A DNA stretch of 64,000 nt from Podarcis pityusensis (taxonomy: Eukaryota). The position numbers and the translations under genes were made by a program. The notes beneath the pieces were generated by a model. The model saw only the letters and a list, made by a program, of their open reading frames with translations, searched no databases and was not told the origin of the DNA. The DNA lies in NCBI GenBank assembly GCA_964106645.2, contig OZ067049.1; one strand, given 5' to 3'. Numbering within the stretch: position 1 is the stretch's first letter; each line of letters starts with the position of its first letter. Below, one piece after another: positions 38,521 to 51,827 of the stretch.

Positions 38521-41500
38521 GGAGGGAATCCAATTATTGCACTGAAAAACTGAATTAATTGCAACCAGTTTAGCCTCCCATCCTGTAGACTGAATTGGGA
38601 ACATTTTATCAAAATGGCTGAGTATGAAAACAGTCTGTGTCATTATTTCTGGTAGTGTTTGAAAGCCACAATGCACATTTTTTACTATTTTTAAGCAACT
38701 TAGATGGTTTTATTGTTCATTCTATCATTGAGACATTACAAGCTCCTCACAGGTAAAACCTATACAGTTTAGGCCACAGCTTTTTTCAAGGAGAGAATAT
38801 ATTTGACTATCATATTAAACCATAGTTTATCAGGACAGTACCTAGTCCCTTCCTGGACTTGTGCAATCTTCTCCCCACCACCCTGCAGCTGGAAGAAGGT
38901 GTGTTGAAGCTTTTGCCTTCACTTAACTGCAGATTGTCATATCCAGTGTTTCAAACAGTGTTTAACAACCATGGGTGATTTTCAACAACCCAACTTCAAG
39001 GCATGGGGGTTATGACACAGACCTGGTTTGCATGTCACACTAAACCAAACTATGACTTTTGGTATGTGTGGGCTTCCAAATAGGAAATCATTATCACTTT
39101 GCTCTTCACTAGTTGCTATCCTGTTGTGCTGAGCTTAGTCACAACTTGGTTTCACATATTGTCTGAACCCAGGCATGGGGTCTAGCTCTTCCCAAACTAA
39201 TCATGAGCTGAACCAAGGTTTGTCTTGTGGCTTAAAACTTACAGTTTGACCAGGAGAATTAAACCTTGAACCTTGGTTCATCTGACAAGGTAAGATAGGC
39301 TTATTTATGTTGCACGAAACTTTGGTTTAGTTTGACATCCAGATGCAGCAACAGAATAGTAGTTTGAAATGAGTCCTACTCATAGTTAGAAATAGGGAAG
39401 CCCAAGTACATGGTAGGCCTTAGTAGGCACAACGAGATCAGGTTTGTGCGTGCAAGATGGGCTCTTATTGTCTCCCATCAACAGAAATGCATGGAGAAAA
39501 ACATCACAGGATGTGCTTATGCCACAAGCTAATGCCTTCTCTCTCCTTCTGACTCACTGTCTGCGCTTCTTTACTATCTCTTCCAGCAGTGTTTCTGCCC
39601 CATCTTTGACATTTGGGTTAGCCGTAGCCGACTGTCTTTTGCTTCCCCCATATTGTCACCTGTCCTTTTTCTTAGTGGCTTAATCCTATTGTCTGTCTTG
39701 CTTCCACAGCATTTGTTCTCCAAATGGTGAGTAGGCTGGAGTGACTGGCTAGTAGAGGAGGGAGATAGAATGGAAGTAGTAAGCTCAGCTCTGATGGGAG
39801 CAGAGTCAGATGGGAGAAACAATATACTTGCTGTTGAGCTTCAAAGTATTCAATGAGCAAGTGAACCAGGGCTAGCGTGAAATATATACTACCTGCCATG
39901 GGTGAACAGTCTATCTTCTAATTGCATATCCGTTTCTCTCAGAGATTTCACTGTCTAATACAAAACTTGAGGCATGTCTTAGTCTTTTTTTATCTATTTT
40001 GCCTTGGGTTTTGCATATCAAATTATGATGCACTTACATACTTGGCTAATAGTTTTCACACTGGCTTTAACGAAAGCTACCAGATGTTTATAGTATTTAT
40101 CTTAGCAATGTGGGATTATTTAATGCCTTAATGGTCTTAAATAATAATTCAGGGTTTATTTGATGGACTTTGAAATTTACATCATTTGTAAACCTTACTG
40201 GACAACATGAATTAAAAGTACATTTTAAGTAGGTTTAAAAAGGCAGAATACTGTAGCATATTCCAAAAAAAAATGGTTGAAACTCTTGGACAGATATTCT
40301 TACTGCTTTCTCTGGCACTTTGTTTACAAACATTTAGCCATGTTTTGCATTCAGATCAACTTCTTGACATATTAAAAGAAGGTGACTTAAATGGTCTCTT
40401 CCTGGACAGCACAAAGAAGAAAAGATTTGTAAATTTGTATACTTGGTGTTGGGGAATTCCTCTGTATTTTAAAATTTGGTGTGTTACAGCTTTGCATGAT
40501 TATGAAGAAGATTTGTGGTGATACACACACATAGATGGATACAGCTGCAAAAACTCAACACGATGCTCAAATGAAAGGAAAACCAAAAGTCTGTTACCTT
40601 CTTCCTTTTCAATTTTAAGAAATAAATATGGAGCGATGGGTCAGAATGAAATCAGATCAAAAGCCATCATCAACAACAAAAATAATTAATTGGTTTGGGA
40701 AGGGAGGAGCCTGAAACAGGTCTAGGGCAGGCTTCTATTTTTAAGCATGCTTGTGTTGGGATGGGAAAACATAGGTGTTGGTTCCATATTTATATGCAGC
40801 TGTAATGCAGTATGTTCAACTATACATGGAGATTACATTGCTTCTTATACCAGCATCTACTTTAGAGCAAAGAACAAATATACTAAGAAAACAAAATGGC
40901 ATAAAGCATCTGCTCCAGCTATTATTTCGAACTAGTCAGGATTAACACTTCTATGGATCCAAATAGCACTTTTACACAAACAAGCAGCGACAGAGTCAGA
41001 ACTTATTAGCATGTGATCAGATATTTGCTGACAAAAGGATTATAGTTATTTTTGGTTACATGGAATTCAATACAAAAAATAAAGCCCAAGTGGGCTGTAG
41101 TTTACCGACACTCACATGGCTCTTTGCGTGAACTTGTCCCTTCCTTAGGTTTGGATAAAGTTGAGTACCACTTGTTTACTTACCTGGCAGGAGCCTACAC
41201 ATTTGGCTGGCCTTGGTATCGCAACATTGTTTTGGTTGCCATTCTCAACCGTTGCAATACTGTTGACTGTATTTGTTGGGCCTTGATAGCCACAATTGCA
41301 ATCAACAATCTGGGAATGACTGCAGAAAAAGAGGCAAACCAGATCTAAACGCTTGTTTTGTATGTGTAGTTCAGTGAGTGTAACGGCTGTGAAGGTGGAT
41401 GAAGGCTGCTGCAGATAGGATCTACCGGTTCGTCGTGACTATTCATTCCATCAGAACAGAGCCCTATTGCGAAGACTGTGCGTTGATCAGCGTGCACTGA

Positions 41501-41585
41501 TCTACACACACAAAACAAATTCACGCACAGGCATCTTCCAAAACCCCCCAAAAAACCCTATGTACTCTTTTGATTATAAATCTAT

Positions 41586-41690
41586 AAGGACCATAACCCA
41601 GTGGTAGATCTGCTAGTCTTTGTAGACAGTTACTGAGCTGGATGACCAATGCTCTAATTTGGTATAAGACATCTTACTATGTTCCATATT
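41586..41690 (+). mobile_element. Internally deleted Squam2-like SINE
   Basis: tgtagacagttactgagctggatgaccaatg...tataagacatcttactatgttc matches the family 3' half. Confidence 0.55.
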
Positions 41691-42619
41691 CACAGATGTT
41701 GGCTTTCTCCAGCAATTGTAGAGTGGCAGGTGTCCAGACACGTAAATAGCATAACTTTGTGGTGACAGGGTTTTAACTGACTTAACAGTAGACAGTATTT
41801 GATAGTAATGCATAGTAAAACATATATTAATGGAAAGGATTTTGAATCAGCGTTGCTGTTTATAGCTGTTTCCCTTGACGTGGTTCAGTTTGTCAAAGTA
41901 TTCCTCTTCTGTAACAATATAAAAATGCAAGATGTGATTCCATTTTTAACCTGTCATGGTTAAAACTTTTTTTCAGACTTAAGTTGTGAAATTCTACTTC
42001 ATCTGTTTTCTCCCTTATGTTATCAAAGCCCCATTGAATTCAATGAGATTTACTTTTGAGTAGATTTAGCAGGAATTACTCTCCTCAATCTCAGTGTATT
42101 GTAGTCATTTTTAGCAGGGATCGTGTGATATACTTTTGAGGCTTATTTTCAGGCCATTTATTTGCTTGAAATTCAGCCTCTAAATGTTTTGAGTGTGATT
42201 CAGCCAAATTTCAGTGCTTAATAATCTTACTGTTATGACTAAGGAGCGTTAACAATTGCTTTTTTTAAAAAAATGAAATCAGTGGGTCCTGACTTGGTTG
42301 GATTGTTCTTAATGCCACTCCCCCTCGGCAATACTTTTATTTTTATTCTTAAAAGGGATTCCTGCCTCATCAGTTAGGGAATCTGTTTCCACACTTCACA
42401 GTCTTTTAGCACGGGGTACATTAATATCTCTGTTTGGTAACAAAAAAAACCCACCATTCAATATTTGAACAGGATGGTATTTCAAGAATATAGCTTCATT
42501 TTTGCTGCGGCTCTTATAGGGATATGAAAGGGCACAAAGCTAAAAGTGGAGACGTAAAGATCTGGTGTCTATAATTTCTAACTTTGATTTTTATAGTTCT
42601 ATTTTTGTATATTTTTCAG

Positions 42620-42707
42620 TCCAAGCCTTATGCATTTGACCGCGTGTTCCAGTCACACACATCACAGGAGCAAGTATATAATGACTGTGCAAAAAAGATT
42701 GTCAAAG
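42620..42707 (+). CDS. KIF5B: KIF5B exon 2
   Basis: [29 protein letters not shown](D), AG/GT boundaries, 88 nt. Confidence 0.98.
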
Positions 42708-43324
42708 GTAAGAGGAGACTTCTTAATAAATGAATCGCAAATGGGGTTGTTGGGCATAATGTAATTCATCTCGTATTTCCACCTAACATGCGTTTAGGTG
42801 AGGTACTAATTAAAATGCAGACAGGAAGATATTTATACAGTTCAGGTTAAATCTCTGGCATTCTTCAGGCTCCCCCCCCCCCCCGTTCTATTTTGATTAT
42901 TGTGCTGAAAATCTTGTGTACGTGGTGTGGGCTGAGGAATTGAACAGGTATTAAGACAGATTGGCCTTCTGTCCCTATATCGGCTGAAAGTATAGGTATG
43001 AAAGATCTAAGGCTACTTTGCTACATCTGGATATATCTGCTTATGGGACTTTGATATAGGCAACACATATAATTGTAAGGTGTCTTTAGTCTTCCCAGGT
43101 GTGAACATTGTATTGTGAGGAGCAAGTATAAGTTCAGGCTCTTTACTGGTTACCTTGTTCTGGAGCTTTAGATAGGGCAATATCTGATTCCCACCATCTG
43201 CTCCTTCCTGCTACCTGTGCATTTGAGACCCTGAATTTATACAACTTTATACAGCTGTTGACATTGTATCTGTCTCAAGAGACAGTGGAGTGCATTTCCG
43301 GGGATGAAGTCAAACCATTGGAAA

Positions 43325-43700
43325 ATTGCAGTGGCTGCAGAGACCAGTATCTCGTAACTGCTGCCTACTTCGTTGTTTTTGCTGTATTAGAAGCACTGAA
43401 GTGACCTCTCTGGGACACAAGCCTGGGCAGTGTTTATGGGGGTCCAGGGCTGCATAAACAGCAAGACCCACCCCCTTTTTGGCCTTGCTGATGTGGTTCA
43501 GAGGAAAGCAGAACAATACATTTGGCACCAGCCTGGCTGCAGGAATGGTCAAAAGGAGGTGTGCAATACGCCATCCAACTGTCTTAGGGACTCCACTCTG
43601 GAGTTGTGTAGGGTTTACTCCTTAGCCTTTTCTCTTAAAGATGTCCCACAAGACAGCAGGTACAGAATTTTCCTCTGGGTTTACATCTGAAGCCTTTCTC
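43325..43700. repeat. Interspersed repeat, probably an RTE-clade non-LTR fragment
   Basis: Resembles from memory a common squamate repeat (tttggcaccagc..ggctgcagga, gggactccactc). Class not verified. Confidence 0.35.
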
Positions 43701-44064
43701 ATGAATCAGTATAGTTGCAAACCTATTAGCTGTAGTTGATAGGGAATTGCATGCAGATGAATCTTTGGACTAGCCGAGATGTAGTGGAGTTGTCCAAATC
43801 TGTCCAGCATGGAAACCATAAGGCTGCCTCAGGGGAGCACCCCCTTGCCCAACAGCAAAATGCAGTGGGCTGCCGAATGAGGGATGGAATTCTGTCCCTC
43901 TTTCAGCCTCATGTTATGGGGCTTGTTTACAAGGCTTCACCAGATGCAAGGCTACTTTATGGCATGCTGCATACTAAGTACTTGTTACCAAAATTTGTTC
44001 AAATACTTTTGGAAGATAGTATCTGTTTCAGGGTGGTTCACATGAGTTGTGGTTATATCATTAG

Positions 44065-44292
<228 letters not shown>

Positions 44293-45171
44293 TGATATAT
44301 TTTAAAATGGAAGACTTTTCTACAATAAAAGCTTTTTTTAAGTTAATGCAAAAAATGTGTAGACCTAACAGAGTATAACACAGATGTCATTGTCTCATAT
44401 ACATACATACAAGATAACATATGTCCTAAGTAGACTCCAACAATTATCCTTCCGGCATCAGGTGATTGCCTCCTTGTGCTTATTGCCATTGATAACAAAT
44501 TGGCTACAATAACACGCATGGGATTTTTTCTCCCAACAAGTATTTAGCGTATTGAGCTAGTAGTCAGGGCAGTAAATTGAGAATCATTTGCTGATGAGTT
44601 TTATCATAAAAATCACTTTCTGGTTGTTAAAAGACAAGCCCTGTAGGAGAGAAGGATAGCAGCGTAACTACCTCAAAACAGTTCAAAAGGCAACACATTA
44701 AATGTGACCTGAGTCAACAGCTTAGGATAGTTCACTGCTCATTTTAGGAATTTATAAAAAGAATGATAACTTCAAATCAGTTTATTCCAATATATTGTCT
44801 GTCTCACCCAAGGTTTAGCATATTACCTTATGCATTTTTGGATGTAAGTATAACTTAACTCAATAGAACTTACTCCTGAGTAAACATACTTGGGATTGGG
44901 CTGTAAGTCCTATTGCAGTGTGTGAATTAACAGTTGTTCTCTTCTCACAATTGAAATCTTTGGAACATAATTAAATTTGTTTGGATTATTTATTTCATAA
45001 GAATATCTACTCTGCTTGATTGTAAAAAACCTCAAAGTGGTTTCATGCTTATATGTTTAGACAATTAATTGGTTAAAAAGGCGTTTCCTAAAGGCTTTCT
45101 GGTTAGTGTTCTAAAAATCTGTAACGTATGTGGTCTTTGTTTTCTCTTTCTTTCTTTCTTTTTAAATCAAG

Positions 45172-45276
45172 GGGAAGCTACATGATGTGGATGGAATGGG
45201 GATTATTCCAAGGATTGTGCAAGATATTTTTAATTATATTTATTCCATGGATGAGAATTTGGAGTTTCATATTAAG
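45172..45276 (+). CDS. KIF5B: KIF5B exon 4
   Basis: [35 protein letters not shown], 105 nt. Confidence 0.98.
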
Positions 45277-45925
45277 GTAAGTTTGTTTTTAAATTATACA
45301 TAGGTCAAATTCAAGACAACAGAATTCTAAGTATTCTAAGAGATACACAATTTCCACCTGGTTTGGAGATCACAAGACAGTTTAGGTTGAAAGTATGACT
45401 CTCAAATGATTTAAAGTATAATTAACCAAAGTATAATAAACCACTAAAAATATCCTAAAATATCACGAACCATCGCTTGTTCTCTATTTAAAAGAATTGG
45501 TTTAATAAGATTGAATGGTACAGTAATTTCTATATTATGTAGTATTATGTGTCAGCACTTTCTAAATTTTATTTTCTTTCAAAATCTAGTATGGGAATAG
45601 AACATTGTAGTTTGCTAGAAAAGCTCTTTCAAAGGTTATGAAAAATGAAATAGATTAGTTGGGGATCTGTGGTTAAGGCATATTGTTTGGGTATGATAGG
45701 TGGGGTACAAATAGTCATTACTTGTGGGATTAAAGCAGATCATTTTCACAGATGTTTGGGCATGGTTGATCATCAACATTATAGACTTTCATAGTATTCT
45801 TTTAGATATAAATACGAAATGGATTGCACTGCCCTCCCAATGATAGATCATTAATATAAGTTGCTGTGGACTTTGATTGGGCAGTGGTTACTATCCTTCC
45901 CCCCCCCCCCTTTATATTTTTTCAG

Positions 45926-45974
45926 GTGTCATATTTTGAAATTTATCTGGATAAAATAAGGGACCTTTTGGATG
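45926..45974 (+). CDS. KIF5B: KIF5B exon 5
   Basis: VSYFEIYLDKIRDLLD(V), 49 nt. Confidence 0.98.
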
Positions 45975-47785
45975 GTGAGTACATTTTTTTTCCTTTGAGG
46001 GAGAATAGGAGCAGTTTGAGTTGCAAGGTGTAATGAAACTTGGATCTTGCACCTGTCTTCTGAACCAAAAGTTAGAATGGGAAGCATAATCAGTTGGATT
46101 TCTGTCCCAGCTGTATGTACATAAAAACAGATTTAAGTGTGCAATGGAGGATAAAAACCAGAATAATGAAGGCACTAATTTGAGGGAGTTTTTGAGGATT
46201 AAGAAAGACTTAAGAGATGTTGTTGGGCCCACAAAGCAAATGAAACATGAAGACAAAAGGGTAGAATAATTAGAGGATATAAATTAGGGAAATAAAACTT
46301 AAGGCTGTAAACCAGAAGGAAGTTATTCCGTCCATGATTTTTGGCAGATTGCCTAGAGGTTAAGTATTATTGGGATATTAGATGTATATTGTACAGTGAT
46401 AAATATAGAGGACTGGCTGTGGAAGATAATGGTATAGTAAAATTAGTTTTAGTAAATAGCAGTTTATTTTATGCCTCTTGGATGTTACATAAGTATATAG
46501 CATCTGTATTGGTTTAGTAATTCAAATTTGTGAAAAGATTGCTTGAAGGACTTTTATAGCTTACTGTTGCAACCCTTATGCAGGACACAGTTGCAAGTTT
46601 AATAATGTTTATAATGGGTCAGAACTTTTCTAACATTACAGGTGGTTTATGTCTGGTTTAAAAGGTGGTCAGCAGGCAGAAGTGTTCAGAATTATAAATC
46701 TCACCCAGGGTTAATAGTTTTTGTTTAGTGCAAGGAATTATCTGTAATTATAATGATATAAATAAAATGCGTTATGTATTAAACTGTGTTAGAGTATTGA
46801 TGTTGTACAAGCACACACTTGGGTAAAATTATTTTACCATATATACATATATATAACTTTATTTTTGATGATTAACCAGAAAATAGAACTTGGTGTTGTC
46901 ATAGAAAGCTCAATAATAACAGCTTAAAAGGTTGCAGTAGTGCAAAAGGCGAATTCAGAATGGAAAAGTATTAGAAAGCAGACTATGTGTAAATGACAGA
47001 TTACAATGCTCTCATAAAAATCCATGATGCAATCATATTTTCAATAGGACAGTTCTGGTCACCTCATGTAAAAAACCAGTGGTGAACTTTGGGCTTTCAA
47101 ATTTGAGCAATGTCTTGTGCAATACCAAAATTTGGCACCATCCCTCAACCTTCTGTCTTGTGTCATTGTTGGAGCGCCCCCTGTGGCGTGCTCTCAGCTC
47201 AGCGCGTACAAACCGATCACACTCCCCTAAATCCGTGTCTGCAGAAAGGCTCATTGTGTGGAATCTATACCTCTATGGAATGTCTGCCTTGAAAGGAAAG
47301 ACTAAAAACTTCCTGGCTTAGCTGGGGGAGGAGGGGAGCTAAGGAACAACAAAGTCTAGACAGTGATAAAATCCAAGGAGAATGTAAATGGATAAATGTT
47401 GTTGCATAACAGTAGAAGTTAAGAATTGCCAAATGGAGCTGGTTGGCAATAGGTTTGTTACAGATAAAAGGAATTATTACTTCATGTGACTCAATTGCCC
47501 TATGACATTATTTCCACAATATATAGTGATGACCACTTAGCTTGGTTTAAAACTGGCCTATGCAAATTCATAGGTCAGTCAACAGCTGTTAATGAGGATT
47601 GCTAATTGAGACCTCCAGGTTGCAAGGAAGTGCTTGCTGAGTATCATTGCTGAGGAATAATGGGAGATGGCCGTTGTGATCATGCTGTATTTGTGAGCTT
47701 TCTGTGGTTAAATAGCAAGTTTTATTTATTTGTTCGTTCTGTAGCTTCTGACGAAGGTAACTCTCAATGCTTTTTTTTCTTTCAG

Positions 47786-48029
<244 letters not shown>

Positions 48030-49398
48030 TAAGAATTTATTTTTTTAAAAAAAAATAAGAGCATCTCATGTTATTCTATTAACAAATTGCCAGTTCTTGT
48101 TCTGGGCATATAACTCTATAAAATTGTAAGTACATACAATATCAGTGAACTGGGTATTCAGTTTGCTTCAAAATGGTTCCTTTCCCCCTTGGTGTTCTTC
48201 CTTCCGAAGTGTGTTTAGTTCTTGCAATTGCTTGGCAAGGCAGGAAATCCTGTGACTTCAGGGGAAGCTGTAACTCTTCTCTTCCTGTTGGAGCTTCTGT
48301 TCACTTCCTGCCTTTGCTCAGAATGCCTACTTGAACCCCTGTCTTCAGGATCCTTTTCACATATCTTTGGCAAGTGCCAATTCTAATTCTTCAATGATTT
48401 TCTCTCCTTCAGTGCCTTCATATATTAACATTTTTTTTTAAAAAAAATCTTTAATCCAAACTTTGAGTTTTCCTCCTCCATTTAGTGCTTATTCACTATT
48501 TTCCTCTAGACCTCTTTTCTACTCCCCCCAACCCCAGTTGCTATGGCCAACAGAAGGGAACGACTAAATGGGCCAACAGCGAATGGACAAAACCTCTGCA
48601 GGCTGTCTGTAATGTAAAGCAGCACTCAGCGATTGCGTCAGCATTGGCCGTGCCTCCACCTGTGGTAGCACTACCAGCCTCCATGGAATATTCAGAGCCC
48701 TCAAGTGACCATGGACTGTGACAAAATTCCCCAGCTGATGAGAGGGCTTTATGTTTTCATCAAGCTGCTTGGGGATGGAAGTGTACTGGCAATGATACTC
48801 TCAAAATCCAGTCTCCTCAGCTTGCTTATAGGCTCTTTCTTTCCTGGCTGATGATTGCCATTCTATCAATAAATTAAGAGAACTTGGAAAGAGGCTTTTG
48901 AGGGGAGGGGTGCCTCTTAGCAGGGAAAGAAGGGGACTTTGACTCTATAGTACTCCTTTTGACCTGTGGCCAGCATCTCAGGTGGCAAGCCCTGTGACTA
49001 AAAAATGAGAAGACCTTGCAAGTCAAATGTGGCACCTGGATGGAGAAAATGCTGGTGTGTGCTGGATGTGGACATACATGTTCTACAGTAAATTATCACT
49101 GGTTTAATTTTCTGTCTAGAGCAACTATTCTGCCAACAATTGTTGAAAATTCATGGTCCAAGACAGGAAAGAGCTTGGAGCACCTTTGGATACCAGCTTG
49201 GAGATAGCAGCTACCTTTCACACTTCTTCTGAAATGAAATAAGCTTAGCCCAGTTCCTTTTTCTACTGTCATAAGGATTAATCAATGTGGGTGTATAAAC
49301 TGCATAATTTCATGTACTAGGCAGATCACTGCTGACTAATTCCATGTGGACATGTAGTTTGTTGCTATAGGTTTAACAATAGGCTTCTTCCCCTTTGA

Positions 49399-49632
<234 letters not shown>

Positions 49633-49756
49633 TGAACTGAGTATGTAAATGAAATAAATTGTGTTCCCTGTTTCAATATTTGATCTTACCACATGTCCTA
49701 GTCTGCCACTGCTTCTGGAGTAAGGTGGTCTTTTGAATTGGATTCAGGCTAACTTA

Positions 49757-50391
49757 CCGTATTTTTCGCTCCATAGGACGCACTTTTTCCCCGCCAAAAA
49801 TGAAGGGGAAATGTGTGTGCGTCCTATGGAGCGAATGCAGGCTTTCGCTGAAGCCTGGAGAGCGAGAGGCGTCGGTGCGCACCGACACCTCTCGCTCTTC
49901 AGGCTCCAGGAAGCTATCTGCAAGCCTTGCGCACCGGGGGGAGTTCCCCTGGGCACTCAAGGCTTGCGGGCGGCAGCCTGCAGCGCGGAGCACGGGGCGC
50001 CCTCCGGAGGACGCCCCGTGCTTCGTGCAGGTGTCTGCAAGCCTTGCGCGCCCGGGGGGAGATCCCCCCTGGGCGCGCACGGCTTGCGGGCGGCAGCCTG
50101 CAGCGCGGAGCACGGGGCGCCCTCGGAGGACGCCCCGTGCTTCGCGCAGGTGTCTGCAGCCTGCCGCCCGGCGCGTGGGGCGCCCTGAAGCAGAGCGCCC
50201 TTCACGCCGGGCAGACATCGGCCAGCCCCACAAGCTCGGGGGACAACGGGGAGGCGCAGCGCCGCCATCCCACTGTTCCCCGACCTGGTTTTGGGGGGGG
50301 AAATAAAGGAAAAAATTTTTTCCTTTATTTTCCCCCCAAAAAAGTAGGTGCGTCCTATGGGACGGAGCGTCCTATGGAACGAAAAATACGG
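49757..50391. mobile_element. Non-autonomous Tc2/pogo-type DNA transposon with internal GC-rich hairpin repeats
   Basis: TA|CCGTATTTTTCGCTCCATAGGACGC ... GCGTCCTATGGAACGAAAAATACGG|TA, subterminal GTGCGTCCTATGG repeats, and two internal units of about 118 bp. Confidence 0.9.
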
Positions 50392-50700
50392 TAGTTCCCT
50401 TTGAAATCAACGAGACTCAAGTTCAGCTAACTTAATATTCTTCCAGCTAAAATGTAAATATATTTACATCCCTTTACCAGTTTGTGAAGGCAAGGCATTT
50501 TTGCTTGACATCTGGGAAGTATTGTGTTTTCCATCTATTCCTTTTACAACAGATTATTTAGAATTGTGTAATGCCTTGGTAGCTATAATAAATGAACTTC
50601 CATTATCAACCATGGAAGTTGAGGAATACAGTGATAAATCCAGAGAATCTATACCAGTGAAAATGCAGAAGGAGCAGTATTGGTGATCTAGTCACATTTA

Positions 50701-51827
50701 CCGTATTTTTCGCTCTATAGGACGCACTTTTTTCCCTTCAAAAATGAAGGGAAAATGTGTGTGCGTCCTATGGAGCGAAGACGCCATAGCCCCGCGACCC
50801 TCTCCCGGCTGGAGAGGTGACGCGTGGCTATGGCAGGAGCCTCTACAGCCCCGCGTCACCTCTCCAGCCGGGAGAGCGCGCACGGGGCTAAAGCAGCCCC
50901 CCGCGACCCTCTCCCGGCTGGAGAGGTGACGGGCGGCTATTGAGGCTCTTGCCGTAGCCGCCCGTCACCTCTCCAGCCGGGAGAGCGTGCGCGGGGCTAA
51001 AGCAGCCCCCCCGTGACCCTCTCCCGGCTGGAGAGGTGACGCGCCATAGCCGCCCGTCACCTCTCCAGCCGGGAGAGCGTGCGCGGGGCTAAAGAAGCAC
51101 CCCGCGACCCTCTCCCGGCTGGAGAGGTGACGCACGGCTATTGAGGCTCTTGCCATAGCCGCCCGTCACCTCTCCAGCCGGGAGAGCGCGCGCGGGGCTA
51201 AAGCAGCCCCCCGTGACCCTCTCCCGGCTGGAGAGGTGACGCGCCATAGCCGCCCGTCACCTCTCCAGCCGGGAGAGCGCGCGCGGGGCTAAAGCAGCCC
51301 CCCGTGACCCTCTCCCGGCTGGAGAGGTGATGCGCGGCTATTGAGGCTCCTGCCATAGCCGTGCGTCACCTCTCCAGCCGGGAGAGCGTGCGGGGCTAAA
51401 GAAGCCATAGCCCAGCGACCCTCTCCCGGCTGGAGAGGCGACGCACGGCTATGGCAGGAGCCTCTCTGCTGCGCCTTTCCGCTGCTCCCTGAACTGCTCT
51501 TTGGGGCTGGTGGTGGGCTTCCCCCCGCCAGCCCCAAAGAGCAGGTCGAAAGGAACCTGAAGCCTGGAGAGCGAGGGGGGTCAGTGCACACCGACCCCTC
51601 TCGTTCTCCAGGCTTCCAAGGTAGCCGCCTGAACGCACCTTAAACGGCACCTTGTTTTAGAGCGGGAAAACGAGGGGGAAAGTTCTCCCCCTCTCTGCAC
51701 AGCGCCTCCTGCCACTTCGCTGAAGGGGCGCTGGGCAGAGAGGGGGAGATTTTTTTTTCTTGTTCTCCCCCCTCTAAAACAAAGTGCGTCCTATTGTCCG
51801 GTGCGTCCTATGGTGCGAAAAATACGG
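50701..51827. mobile_element. Second Tc2/pogo-type element of the same family with a palindromic minisatellite
   Basis: TA|CCGTATTTTTCGCTCTATAGGACGCAC ... GTGCGTCCTATGGTGCGAAAAATACGG|TA, internal array at about 50790-51465. Confidence 0.9.

Noticed and set aside
41177-41191. 15-nt match to the U1 snRNA 5' end (TACTTACCTGGCAGG)
   Set aside because: Similarity stops after 15 nt, with no U1 body or PSE. It is better read as a consensus minus-strand splice donor.
50790-51465. CRISPR-like repeat/spacer appearance
   Set aside because: It is a vertebrate intron, the repeats alternate in orientation, the spacers are near-identical, and there are no cas genes.
49733-51650. Cluster of ORFs of about 60-170 aa in intron 8
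   Set aside because: They come from GC-rich repeats inside non-autonomous transposons and have no DDE/D or HTH transposase motifs.
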